A DNA stretch of 64,000 nucleotides from positions 209,979 to 273,978 of the forward strand of contig BOWN01000001.1 of the NCBI GenBank assembly GCA_019649675.1, written 5' to 3'. A program made the position numbers and the translations under genes. The DNA is from Cryomorphaceae bacterium. GTDB taxonomy: Bacteria; Bacteroidota; Bacteroidia; Flavobacteriales; UBA7430. Under the pieces are notes generated by a model. The model searched no databases and was not told where the DNA came from. It saw only the letters and a list, made by a program, of their open reading frames with translations. Below are positions 39,241 through 47,497 of the stretch, one piece after another (within the stretch, counting starts at the first letter, position 1; each line of letters starts with the position of its first letter).

Positions 39241-39417
39241 AGTACAACCAAATATCTCATAATCACATGAACCCATTATCAACATTAGCATCTGCATTAT
39301 AGTTAATTGCAGATGGATCAGTACAACCAAATATCTCATAATCACATGATCCATCATCAATATTTGCTGCAGGGTTATAGTTAATTGCATACATATCCAT
39401 ACAACCGAATATATCAT
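38599..39417 (-). CDS. Giant Cys-repeat surface protein, fragment 2 (module B1)
   Basis: CVFPSEFSGNTGVNMTIFLTSGVVGILPITSDAPYIVATT...ELYFQLVDGDSLYDLDISFAG. Its first ~50 aa are an out-of-frame read. Confidence 0.8.
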   Translation of the reverse strand: MIYSVVWICMQLTITLQQILMMDHVIMRYLVVLIHLQLTIMQMLMLIMGSCDYEIFGCTDMSAINYNPDATIDDGSCVYDVTGCVFPSEFSGNTGVNMTIFLTSGVVGILPITSDAPYIVATTNLGLVVGSSSLAQEDLIDGQQYLAIFGDDTETLEIDGALAGEELYFQLVDGDSLYDLDISFAGANQYITNGVLPALSATYNFNCAVNFGCMDENAFNYDDEATMDDGTCEDQVDGCTDNSFLEFNSLANVDDGSCLTVIVYGCTTVWFC

Positions 39418-39892
39418 CTATTATATCTTCTTGTGAACAAACAAAACTATAGGATGCTGCTAATGCAGGAAGAGTCCCATTTACAACAAAACTATTCATG
39501 CCGGCAAAAGATAAATCTACATCATATAAGGAATTGCCATCAACAAACTGAAAATACAATTCATCTCCTGATACAGCTCCATCTAATTCTGGTGTAGATG
39601 TATCGTCTCCCCAAACAGCAAGTGATTGTTGACCACCAACTAAATCATCTAAAGATAGAGAGGCACTTCCAAGAATTAATCCAGAAGAATTTAATGCAAC
39701 TAAATAAGGATCTTCTGAAGATATTGGAAGATTATCAATAACACTTGAGGTTAAAAATACTGTCATGTTTACTCCTGTATTTCCTGTAAATTCTAATGGG
39801 AAAATACAAGAATCATCTTGAGCATTAGTGGGGATAATAAACGTATTGAAAAATAGAAATAATCCAATAAATTTTTGTGTAAAGTTTTTCAT
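39263..39892 (-). CDS. Giant Cys-repeat surface protein, fragment 1 (N-terminus: signal peptide and module A1)
   Basis: MKNFTQKFIGLFLFFNTFIIPTNAQ, then CIFPLEFTGNTGVNMTVFL...GDELYFQFVDGNSLYDVDLSFAG, then the first Cys repeats. Confidence 0.85.
   Translation of the reverse strand: MKNFTQKFIGLFLFFNTFIIPTNAQDDSCIFPLEFTGNTGVNMTVFLTSSVIDNLPISSEDPYLVALNSSGLILGSASLSLDDLVGGQQSLAVWGDDTSTPELDGAVSGDELYFQFVDGNSLYDVDLSFAGMNSFVVNGTLPALAASYSFVCSQEDIIDDIFGCMDMYAINYNPAANIDDGSCDYEIFGCTDPSAINYNADANVDNGFM
39344..39814 (-). repeat. Near-identical ~470-bp intragenic duplicate, copy A1
   Basis: Same sequence as 37357-37827 and 36640-37110. The anchor tgtcatgtttactcc sits at 39761, 37774 and 37057 (offsets 1987 and 717). 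Confidence 0.85.
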
Positions 39893-39904
39893 TTTGAAAG
39901 GGGG

Positions 39905-40030
39905 TTATTTTTAAACAGTTCAAATATAAAAAAAATGCTGACTAAACATAAAAATAATTTGACCTGTGAGGCTCCCCTTATGAGCTATATGTCCTAATCA
40001 CGATTGAATTGATATAAAGACATGATTATT
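39905..40030 (-). repeat. Intergenic cassette, minus-strand instance upstream of the giant gene
   Basis: The minus strand reads AATCGTGATTAGGAC...CAGGTCAAATTATTTTTATGTTTAGTCAGCATTTTTTTTATATTTG, then ATG 39892. Confidence 0.4.
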
Positions 40031-40039
40031 CTTAAAACT

Positions 40040-41058
40040 TTATTTTAAAATGACTTCAATTAAAATTTCTTGACTGTCACGTTTAATTAAGCAATTTATT
40101 CTACTACCGGAATCATATTGACAAATTTTTTCTTGAAGAGCATTAACAGAATCAACTTCAACATTATCAATAGATAAAATGACATCTAAATCTTTAATTC
40201 CTGATTGTAATGCAGCACCACCATCAACAACTTTTGTTATCAAAACTCCTCGATTACTGTCTAAGTCATATGATTGTGAAATAAAATTTGTGATATTTTG
40301 AACTTGAACACCTAAAAATGCTCTTTTGACATATCCAAATTCCTTTAAATCCTTAACAACACTTTCTACTAAATTACTTGGTATAGAAAATCCATAACCA
40401 GTATAACTGCCTGTGTATGATTTTATAGCTGTATTTAATCCTACTAATTCACCATTAAGATTAACTAGAGCTCCGCCAGAATTTCCGGGATTTATTACAG
40501 CGTCAGTTTGAATAAAAGATTCTATAGCATTTGGATTATGTAAGATATTTATATTTCGACCCTTAGCGCTAATTATACCTGCTGTAACTGTTGAAGTCAA
40601 ATTATAAGGGGTTACCAACTGCCAACACACCCACTCTCCAACCCTTGATAAGTCTGAGTTACAAAACTTTATTGGCCTTAAATCTGAAGTATTAATTTTT
40701 AACAGTGCAATATCTGTATTTGGATCTGCAGCAATAAATTCAGCTTTGTAGGAATCTTTATTATTTAGGGTTACTTCAATTTCTGTTGCAGATTCAACGA
40801 CGTGGTAATTAGTTACAATAAAACCATCTTTAGAAATTAATTACGCCTGATCCTGAAGATTTAGTTTCGCTAGGTGTATTAAAATACAAATTCCCAAAAA
40901 ATGGGTCATAATATTTAAAGTATTGATCTTCTATTTCTTTAGAGTTTAATGTGAACTACAGATTCTAAACTATTTTGAGTCGCCAATACAAAATCTGGAA
41001 ATTGAGCATAGATAAAGTTAATTTTTAGAAGAAAAACAGTTAATATAAATAATCTCAT
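40040..41058 (-). CDS. HtrA/DegP-family serine protease with one PDZ domain, frameshifted (intact piece 40040-40630)
   Basis: TAGIISAKGR, TDAVINPGNSGGALVNLNGELVGLNTAI (catalytic Ser), PDZ GVLITKVVDGGAALQSGIKDLDVILSIDN. ATG 41058 gives signal peptide MRLFILTVFLLKINFIYAQ. Confidence 0.85.
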
Positions 41059-41160
41059 ATTTTTTTATTTTTAAAGTTACAACCTTGTAATTTAAATTTC
41101 AATCAATTAACATTTTTTAGCATTTCTTTGATCAAAATTATTTTTTTTAATTTTTTTTTC

Positions 41161-41197
41161 TACATTTGCCTAGTTATAATTATTTAAAGTTATACAA
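41161..41197 (+). promoter_or_regulatory. Candidate promoter (-7 box TACATTTG) overlapped by palindromic operator TTGCCTAG-N16-TTATACAA upstream of proteorhodopsin
   Basis: TAnnTTTG at 41161-41168, half-sites at 41166-41173 and 41190-41197. The 17-mer aaagttatacaaaagt is identical to 55666-55682. Confidence 0.55.
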
Positions 41198-41231
41198 AAG
41201 TAATTATTTAATTAATCTAAACCCTTAAATT

Positions 41232-41953
41232 ATGTTACTAGCAAAAATTGCAGACATCGGGAGTAATCCTGTAGCATTTACCTTCTTTATTGGATGTATG
41301 GCTATGTTTGCCTCTTCGGTTTTCTTCTTTGTTGAAAGAGGTTCCGTAGACAAAAATGGAAACTATCATTAACAGTTTCTGCTTTAATTACAGGTATCGC
41401 AGCAGTTCATTACCTTTACATGAGAGATTATTTCATGGCTACTGGTGATAATCCAACTGCGTATCGTTATATTGATTGGATCTTGACAGTTCCTTTAATG
41501 TGTGTTGAATTTTATCTTTTAACTAGACTTGCAGGTGCAACCAAAACACTACTTTGGAAGCTTATTATTGCATCTACATGGATGTTAGTTGCTGGATATA
41601 TTGGCGAAGCATTTAGTGATGGTAGTACATCTCACTCAGTAACTTGGGGAGTATTATCTACTGTTGGTTACTTGTATGTATTATATACAGCATGGTTTGG
41701 AGAAGTTGCTCAATTAGCAGCTAACAGTAAATCTGAAGTTATTCAGAAAGGTGTAAAGGCTTTAGCTTGGTTTGTTCTTGTTGGCTGGGCTATTTACCCT
41801 ATAGGTTACATGTGTATGGATGGTGGTTGGTTAAACAACGCATTCGGTTGGACTTCTCAAAATGTTGATTTATTTTATAATATCGCAGATGCAATCAACA
41901 AAATTGGTTTTGGTCTAGTTGTATACAACATTGCTGTAACTGAATCAAAGTAA
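41232..41953 (+). CDS. Proteorhodopsin (green-type, Met at tuning position 105), one frameshift near 41355 (intact piece 41420-41953)
   Basis: FFFVERGSVDK(K)WKLSLTVSALITGIAAVHYLYMR; RYIDWILTVPLMCVEFYLL (D97, T101, M105, E108 in GPR numbering); Schiff-base Lys in YNIADAINKIGFG. The break is an A5 run where A6 restores DKKWK. Confidence 0.95.
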
Positions 41954-41976
41954 TTATATAATAGTTAAGTTAATTC

Positions 41977-42009
41977 AAAAAGCAGGGTTTCAATACCCTG
42001 CTTTTTTTT
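41977..42009 (+). terminator. Rho-independent terminator between proteorhodopsin and blh
   Basis: AGCAGGGT-ttcaat-ACCCTGCT followed by T8. It ends 5 nt before the blh ATG. Confidence 0.8.
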
Positions 42010-42014
42010 AAACC

Positions 42015-42920
42015 ATGACAATATTTTTATACATATTTATTGTATTCGCTTTTATAATTTCTAATTTATTTCAATTGTTCAGCTCAATTTCAATTGAGAA
42101 TCAAATTATTATTTCCACATTCTTTATTATGTTGGTTGGGATACCTCACGGTTCGCTTGACCACTTATTGCTTCCATCTAAAGATTTTAAATCAAAATTA
42201 AGATTTTATACATTTTATTTGGGCTTGATTATAGCTAATTTATTAGTTTGGACTTTTAGTCATATTTCAGGATTAATATTATTTTTTATAATTTCTTCTT
42301 ACCATTTTGGGGAGTCTCAATTATTTAAATTCAACATCAAAAATAAAATAATCACCCACTTTATTTACTTGTGTTGGGGTGCCAGTGTCATATTCTCATT
42401 TTTGTTCTATAACATTGATGAATTAGAACTTTTATCTAATTCTTATGAAGATACGAGGAATCTTATTTCAAATATTAATTTAAATTTATTTTCATATCTG
42501 TTTTTGTTAAGTAACGTAATTACTTTAATTATGTTCACTTTCTTCATCTACAATAAAAAAGTAAAAGCTAACAAAGTTATTTCAGAAATCTTTTTCTTGT
42601 TTGTTATTCATCTTTCTTCTTTCTTATTTCCTCTTTTAATCTGCTTTACTTTATTTTTTATCATTCTACATTCTTTACCATCTCTTGTAAATCAGTATAA
42701 TCATTTTAAGAAACATAACATTGAATTTACACTTAAAGATTTTATTTACTTAATGGCTCCATATTCATTAGTAAGTATTTTATTTTTAATACTTATTTCT
42801 TTTTGTTCCTACGCAAATGTTATCAATTATTCAGTTCCACTAATTTCAATTATATTAATTTCTGTAATTACTCTTCCCCATAGTTTTATTATTTCAAAAT
42901 TTAATGAGTCTTTAACATAG
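42015..42920 (+). CDS. blh: Brp/Blh-family beta-carotene 15,15'-dioxygenase (retinal synthesis)
   Basis: Polytopic membrane protein with VGIPHGSLDH, SSYHFGESQ, ILHSLPS and TLPHSF His motifs. Immediately downstream of the rhodopsin gene. Confidence 0.85.
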   Translation: MTIFLYIFIVFAFIISNLFQLFSSISIENQIIISTFFIMLVGIPHGSLDHLLLPSKDFKSKLRFYTFYLGLIIANLLVWTFSHISGLILFFIISSYHFGESQLFKFNIKNKIITHFIYLCWGASVIFSFLFYNIDELELLSNSYEDTRNLISNINLNLFSYLFLLSNVITLIMFTFFIYNKKVKANKVISEIFFLFVIHLSSFLFPLLICFTLFFIILHSLPSLVNQYNHFKKHNIEFTLKDFIYLMAPYSLVSILFLILISFCSYANVINYSVPLISIILISVITLPHSFIISKFNESLT

Positions 42921-42953
42921 AAATTTTTGTATAAATAAATATAATCTGTAATT

Positions 42954-44058
42954 ATGCTAGAATTATTTGATAAGAAATTATTTCCATCCAAATATTCAGA
43001 TATACTAAATCGCATAAAGTCATTTAAACCAATTAAATATGGTGCAAGTCGGAATTATGTAAATGGCTCTGTGTCTTATTTATCTGCTTATATTTCCAGA
43101 GGTGTTATTTCAACAAAATTTATTCTTAAAACATTATTAGATAAAAATTATAATCCGGCGGATATTGAAAAATTTATTCAAGAACTTGCATGGAGAGATT
43201 ACTGGCAACAAATTTGGATTTCAAAGGGAAAACTCATCAATTCTGATTTAAAGAACAGTCAATTTCCTGTTTCTAATAGTTCTACACCAAAAGCAATAAT
43301 TGATGCTAATACCGGAATATCAGCTATAGATAAGTCAATTATAGGTCTTTATGAAACTGGTTATATGCACAATCATTTAAGAATGTATGTTGCATCTATA
43401 GTGTGTAATATTGCTCAAAGTCATTGGATAAATCCTGCGCGTTGGATGTATTATTATTTATTAGATGCTGATTGGGCTAGTAATTCGCTAAGTTGGCAGT
43501 GGGTTGCTGGATCAAATTCAAACAAAAAATATTTTGCTAATCAAGAGAATATTAATAAATACTGTTTTACTAATCAAAAAGGCACTTTTTTAGATGTAGA
43601 TTATCCAGAATTTCAAAAATTCGAAATTCCAGAAGTTCTAAAGCATTTATATTTCTTCAATTTAAAAACTCCTTTACCAAATTCTGATGATATTACTATT
43701 GAAAATTCACTTCCAACCTTATTGTATAACTTTTATAATATAGATCCAATATGGAAGAAAAATTTAAAAGCTAATAGAATTCTTCTTTTAGAACCATCTC
43801 ACTTCGAAACATATCCTGTCTGTAAAAGACTATTGATTTTATTATAGACTAGCAAAGGAAAATATTCCATCGATTCAAGTTTATGTTGGAGAATTTAAAG
43901 ATCTTATAAATAATTATTTTGTTAAAGAAGTATATTATAAAGAACATCCAACAAATAGACATTATCAGGGAGTAGAGGAATCAAGAGATTGGATGTTTGA
44001 GGTAAATGGGTATTATCCATCCTTTTTTCATTCTGGAAAAAATGTAAAAAGCAACTAA
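42954..44058 (+). CDS. Photolyase/cryptochrome-related protein that begins directly with the FAD-binding domain; one frameshift near 43840 (intact piece 42954-43847)
   Basis: YGASRNYVNGSVSYLSAYISRGVIS, ELAWRDYW, TGYMHNHLRMYVAS, LLDADWASNSLSWQWVAGS. There is no N-terminal alpha/beta domain. A ~130-aa C-terminal extension reads RILLLEPSHF...IQVYVGEFKDL...VYYKEHP. Confidence 0.75.
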
Positions 44059-44115
44059 ACTATTGAAGAATTTAATCAATAAATTGAATGTAATTTTCAG
44101 TTTTACAACAAAAAT

Positions 44116-44400
44116 TTGAAAATGAAAGAAATAAATGAGATAGATATGGATAGAATTATTGAGATGGCTTGGGAAGACAGAACTCCTTTTGAAGCTATAG
44201 AACTTCAATTCAAAATATCCGAAAAGGACATTATTAAACTAATGCGTACAAAACTTAAAAAATCAAGTTTCAAACTATGGCGTAAAAGAGTTCATAGCAG
44301 AATTAGTCATAAACACCTACACAAAAGAAATCCTGATATTACCAGGTTTAAGTGTACACGACAACGAATTATATCTAATAATAAAATTAGTAAAAGATAA
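44116..44400 (+). CDS. DUF2805 / TIGR03643-family small protein (photolyase-associated)
   Basis: RIIEMAWEDRTPFEAIELQFKISEKDIIKLMRTKLKKSSFKLWRKRV matches the family signature as I recall it. Confidence 0.75.
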   Translation: MKMKEINEIDMDRIIEMAWEDRTPFEAIELQFKISEKDIIKLMRTKLKKSSFKLWRKRVHSRISHKHLHKRNPDITRFKCTRQRIISNNKISKR

Positions 44401-44476
44401 GCAAAGTAAAGTAAATTAAATTGATATTGTAATCAAGTTAATTTATGGTATTAATTTTTGAGTGAGTCTATAATAA

Positions 44477-45721
44477 ATGAACCAAATAAATTTAGTTTTA
44501 CCTAACCAATTGTTTAAGAATTCCCCGCTATTTAACAATAATTTTCCTTGTTATTTAGTTGAAGAATATTTGTTTTTCAAACAATACCCTTTTCACAAGC
44601 AAAAAATTGCTTTTCATAGATCAACCATGAAAAAGTATGCTGATTTTTTAATTAAAGAAATGAATATTGATGTTCATTATATAGAGTCAATTGATTCATT
44701 ATCTGATATTAGATTTCTTCTTCCTAAACTAAAAAAAAATGGAGTTAAACACATTAACTACATAGATCCAGTTGATAGTTGGATTCAAAAAAGATTAAAT
44801 CATGTTTGTAATGATCAAAAGATTAGCTACAAAAAGTTTGCATCTCCTTTGTTTATAAATACTGAGTCTGACTTAAAAGATTTTTTCAGACGAGATAAAA
44901 AAAAATATCATCAAACTACATTTTATAAAGAACAAAGAAAAAAGTATTCAATATTAATAAATGCTGATGGAAAACCTACAGGAGGAAAATGGACATTTGA
45001 TATCGAAAACAGAAAGAAATATCCTCTAAAAAAAGTTCCACCCCAAGTCAAATTTCCAGATTCAGATGATTATTACGAAGAAGCTAAATTGTATGTAAAT
45101 AAATACTTTTCAGATCATTATGGCACACTTTCTAAAAATCCATTATACCCTACATGCTTTGAATCAACTAAGGATTGGTTACATCAGTTTTTTGAACATC
45201 GTTTTTTTGAATTTGGAGATTATGAAGATGCTATTTTAAAGGATAACTCTATATTGAATCACAGTGTATTGACACCCATGCTAAATGTAGGTCTAATTCA
45301 GCCTAAAGAAATAATTGATGAGTGTTTAAATTATGTGAAAATCAACAATATTCCAATCAATTCATCTGAAGGATTTATTCGTCAGATTTTAGGATGGAGA
45401 GAATTCATTCGAGGAATTTATATAATTAAAGGAGGTGAAGAGCGAACTAAAAACTATTGGAAATTCGATAAGAAAATTCCGCAATCATTTTATAACGGAT
45501 CAACCGGAATAGATCCGGTAGATTGTACCATAAAAAAAATTCTTAAAACAGGATATTGTAATCATATAGAAAGGCTCATGATCTTGGGTAATTTCATGCT
45601 TTTATGTGAGTTTGATCCCAACGAAGTATATAGATGGTTTATGGAGCTCTTCATTGATTCTTATGATTGGGTAATGGTTCCTAATGTATATGGTATGAGT
45701 CAGTTTCTGATGGTGGGTTAA
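44477..45721 (+). CDS. COG3046-type photolyase-related protein (PhrB/CryB, (6-4)-photolyase-like lineage), fragment 1 (gene span 44477-45960)
   Basis: INLVLPNQLF, GGKWTFDIENRKK, LTPMLNVGLI, IRQILGWREFIRGIY, CNHIERLMILGNF, DSYDWVMVPNVYGMSQF. One missing base restores (A)DGGLMASKPY. Confidence 0.85.
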   Translation: MNQINLVLPNQLFKNSPLFNNNFPCYLVEEYLFFKQYPFHKQKIAFHRSTMKKYADFLIKEMNIDVHYIESIDSLSDIRFLLPKLKKNGVKHINYIDPVDSWIQKRLNHVCNDQKISYKKFASPLFINTESDLKDFFRRDKKKYHQTTFYKEQRKKYSILINADGKPTGGKWTFDIENRKKYPLKKVPPQVKFPDSDDYYEEAKLYVNKYFSDHYGTLSKNPLYPTCFESTKDWLHQFFEHRFFEFGDYEDAILKDNSILNHSVLTPMLNVGLIQPKEIIDECLNYVKINNIPINSSEGFIRQILGWREFIRGIYIIKGGEERTKNYWKFDKKIPQSFYNGSTGIDPVDCTIKKILKTGYCNHIERLMILGNFMLLCEFDPNEVYRWFMELFIDSYDWVMVPNVYGMSQFLMVG

Positions 45722-45960
45722 TGGCATCAAAACCATACATCAGCTCCAGTAATTATATAATAAAAATGAGTAATTACGGAAAGGGAGATTGGCAGTCCAA
45801 ATGGGATGGGCTGTTTTGGCGATTTATGAACATACATCGTGACTTTTTTTTATCAAATCCTAGATTGGGAATGTTGATTCGTATTTTTGATAAAATGCCA
45901 TCAAATAAGAAGCAAAAACACATTGAAGAGGCAGAGGCTTTTCTTGATCAATTAAAATAA
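45721..45960 (+). CDS. COG3046-type photolyase-related protein, fragment 2 (C-terminus)
   Basis: MASKPYISSSNYIIKMSNYGKGDWQSKWDGLFWRFM continues the family's C-terminal block. Confidence 0.85.
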   Translation: MASKPYISSSNYIIKMSNYGKGDWQSKWDGLFWRFMNIHRDFFLSNPRLGMLIRIFDKMPSNKKQKHIEEAEAFLDQLK

Positions 45961-46039
45961 ACCACCAAATCATTTTCTCTAGTTAACTTATTTTTTTTTA
46001 ATAAAATTATCATTTGTTAAGAATATAGACAACAAAAAA

Positions 46040-46069
46040 AGGTCAAGCTACTTTATTATAACTTGACCT
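46040..46069 (-). terminator. Hairpin with T7 tail on the minus strand (A7 on plus)
   Basis: AGGTCAAG-N14-CTTGACCT, and the minus strand continues TTTTTTTG. It lies about 520 nt beyond the stop of the MerR/B12 regulator gene. Confidence 0.5.
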
Positions 46070-46586
46070 ATAAGGTTCCCCCGAACCATGAAAAAAAGTT
46101 TGTTGACTTATTACTTAACAAAATCTAACCTACTATAGGAAAGTTTTGTTTCCAAAATGCAATTGAACAAATGACTTTTTAAAGTCTTATTCTGATTTTA
46201 TCAGTAAAAAAGTCATCCCTGGTGATATAATTTTATTGAGTCAATAATCTGGTTAGCTATCACTTTTTTTACACATAACTTTAATATTTATCAAAAATAC
46301 CCATTTTGTATAATATATACAATTAAAAAGTTATACGAAATATTTACACTATTTTATCTTTATACATCAATTTTTGAGCTACCTAATTTGTGATTAGATT
46401 ATCTCTTACTTAAAATAGACATATATAACATGACATGTTATCCACAATCAAAATTGTATAGTTAAATGATAATTATTTTAATGAATTTGAGGTTTTGGAT
46501 AGTTTTTTTTTACTGAAAAATGAACAAGGTTGTAAACACCTGCAAAATATAATTTTTGTATTCTGTCTTAAGAAAATTAATGAAAA

Positions 46587-47480
46587 CTAACTAGATGAAT
46601 CGAGCAGCTTAATAAAAGAGTCTAAGTCATGGATTAGAGTTATACTAGGTTCTTTTTGTTTAGGGAATTTTATGCTTTTATTTGGAGTGACAACAAAAAT
46701 TTTTCCTTGAGGGAATATTTTACTAAGTTTTTGAAGGTGTTGTTCTGACATTTGCATTGAATAATTTGCAAGAAGGAAAAGTAGAATATTATCAATTTTA
46801 TGTTTTTCAGCTACACCAGTTAGAGAGTCAATTGGAAGATTATCACCTAAATATAGGACATTGAATTCTTTTAGAGATAGAATATATTTTGCAAAAAGAA
46901 GTCCAATTTCATGGAATTCATTTTCAGGAAGAAATAATAACCATTTTTCCTTGTCAGTGTTACTGACTGCTGTTCTATCAATTAAGGTATATAATTTTTG
47001 TTTGATTAATTCAGACAGAAAATGTTCTTGTGAGGGTGACATTTTATTTGTTAGCCATAGAAGTCCAACCCTTTTAAGTAATGGTAGAATTATTACCTTA
47101 TAAAAGACAATAAAATCAAATTCATTGAGAGCTTTGATAAATAGTCTATTAAATTTGTATTCATCAAAATTTATTGCTGATATTATAAAATTGTTCAGGT
47201 AGTAACTAACTTTAACATCTTTGTTATCCGATAATCCAATTCGTTCAACAGCTTGTTGAACGTCATCATCAGTCATTTTGCTAACCTTGGATATTTTGTG
47301 TCCATTTTCAAGTAATAACTTTGTATTAATTCCTCTTACTAGTAGGCTATCAGAGTAAACTCTAATATTAGTCTCTGTGCGACTTGGGACTAAATACGAG
47401 TACCTATTTTCCCATGTTCTTAGATTTAATTTTGGGATATTAGTTATTTTTGAAAATTGATCAATATTATAGCTTGTCAT
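46587..47480 (-). CDS. MerR-family HTH regulator fused to a B12-binding domain (CarH/LitR-like candidate light-responsive regulator)
   Basis: N-terminal YNIDQFSKITNIPKLNLRTWENRYSYLVPSRTETNIRVYS (MerR HTH). C-terminal LFLPENEFHEIGLLFAKYIL...VLYLGDNLP (.xHxxG cobalamin-binding loop). Confidence 0.8.
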   Translation of the reverse strand: MTSYNIDQFSKITNIPKLNLRTWENRYSYLVPSRTETNIRVYSDSLLVRGINTKLLLENGHKISKVSKMTDDDVQQAVERIGLSDNKDVKVSYYLNNFIISAINFDEYKFNRLFIKALNEFDFIVFYKVIILPLLKRVGLLWLTNKMSPSQEHFLSELIKQKLYTLIDRTAVSNTDKEKWLLFLPENEFHEIGLLFAKYILSLKEFNVLYLGDNLPIDSLTGVAEKHKIDNILLFLLANYSMQMSEQHLQKLSKIFPQGKIFVVTPNKSIKFPKQKEPSITLIHDLDSFIKLLDSSS

Positions 47481-47497
47481 ATAAAGTTGGGGGATTA

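Noticed and set aside
36681-39597. Three identical 70-aa plus-strand ORFs (36681-36893, 37398-37610, 39385-39597)
   Set aside because: They are shadow ORFs on the opposite strand of the thrice-repeated ~470-bp block inside the giant gene. They are useful as duplication markers, not as genes.
43981-44208. 75-aa minus-strand ORF
   Set aside because: It overlaps the tail of the photolyase-like gene and the start of the DUF2805 gene, both well supported on the plus strand.
46074-46087. GGTTC-CCCC-GAACC hairpin as part of a tRNA or tmRNA T-arm
   Set aside because: I found no flanking acceptor, D or anticodon stems and no conserved GTTCRANYC context. I saw no convincing tRNA anywhere in the window.
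46861-47103. Antisense ORFs inside confident genes: this one, plus 2506-2865, 3088-3597, 3778-3996, 15479-15664, 21821-22060, 25026-25319, 26142-26339, 27329-27517, 48772-48960, 52691-52963, 56886-57074, 57917-58141, 58517-58744, 60255-60455, 62369-62566 and 63614-63817
   Set aside because: Each is nested opposite or out of frame to a longer ORF with clear family motifs. They are short and compositionally biased, as expected by chance in AT-rich DNA.
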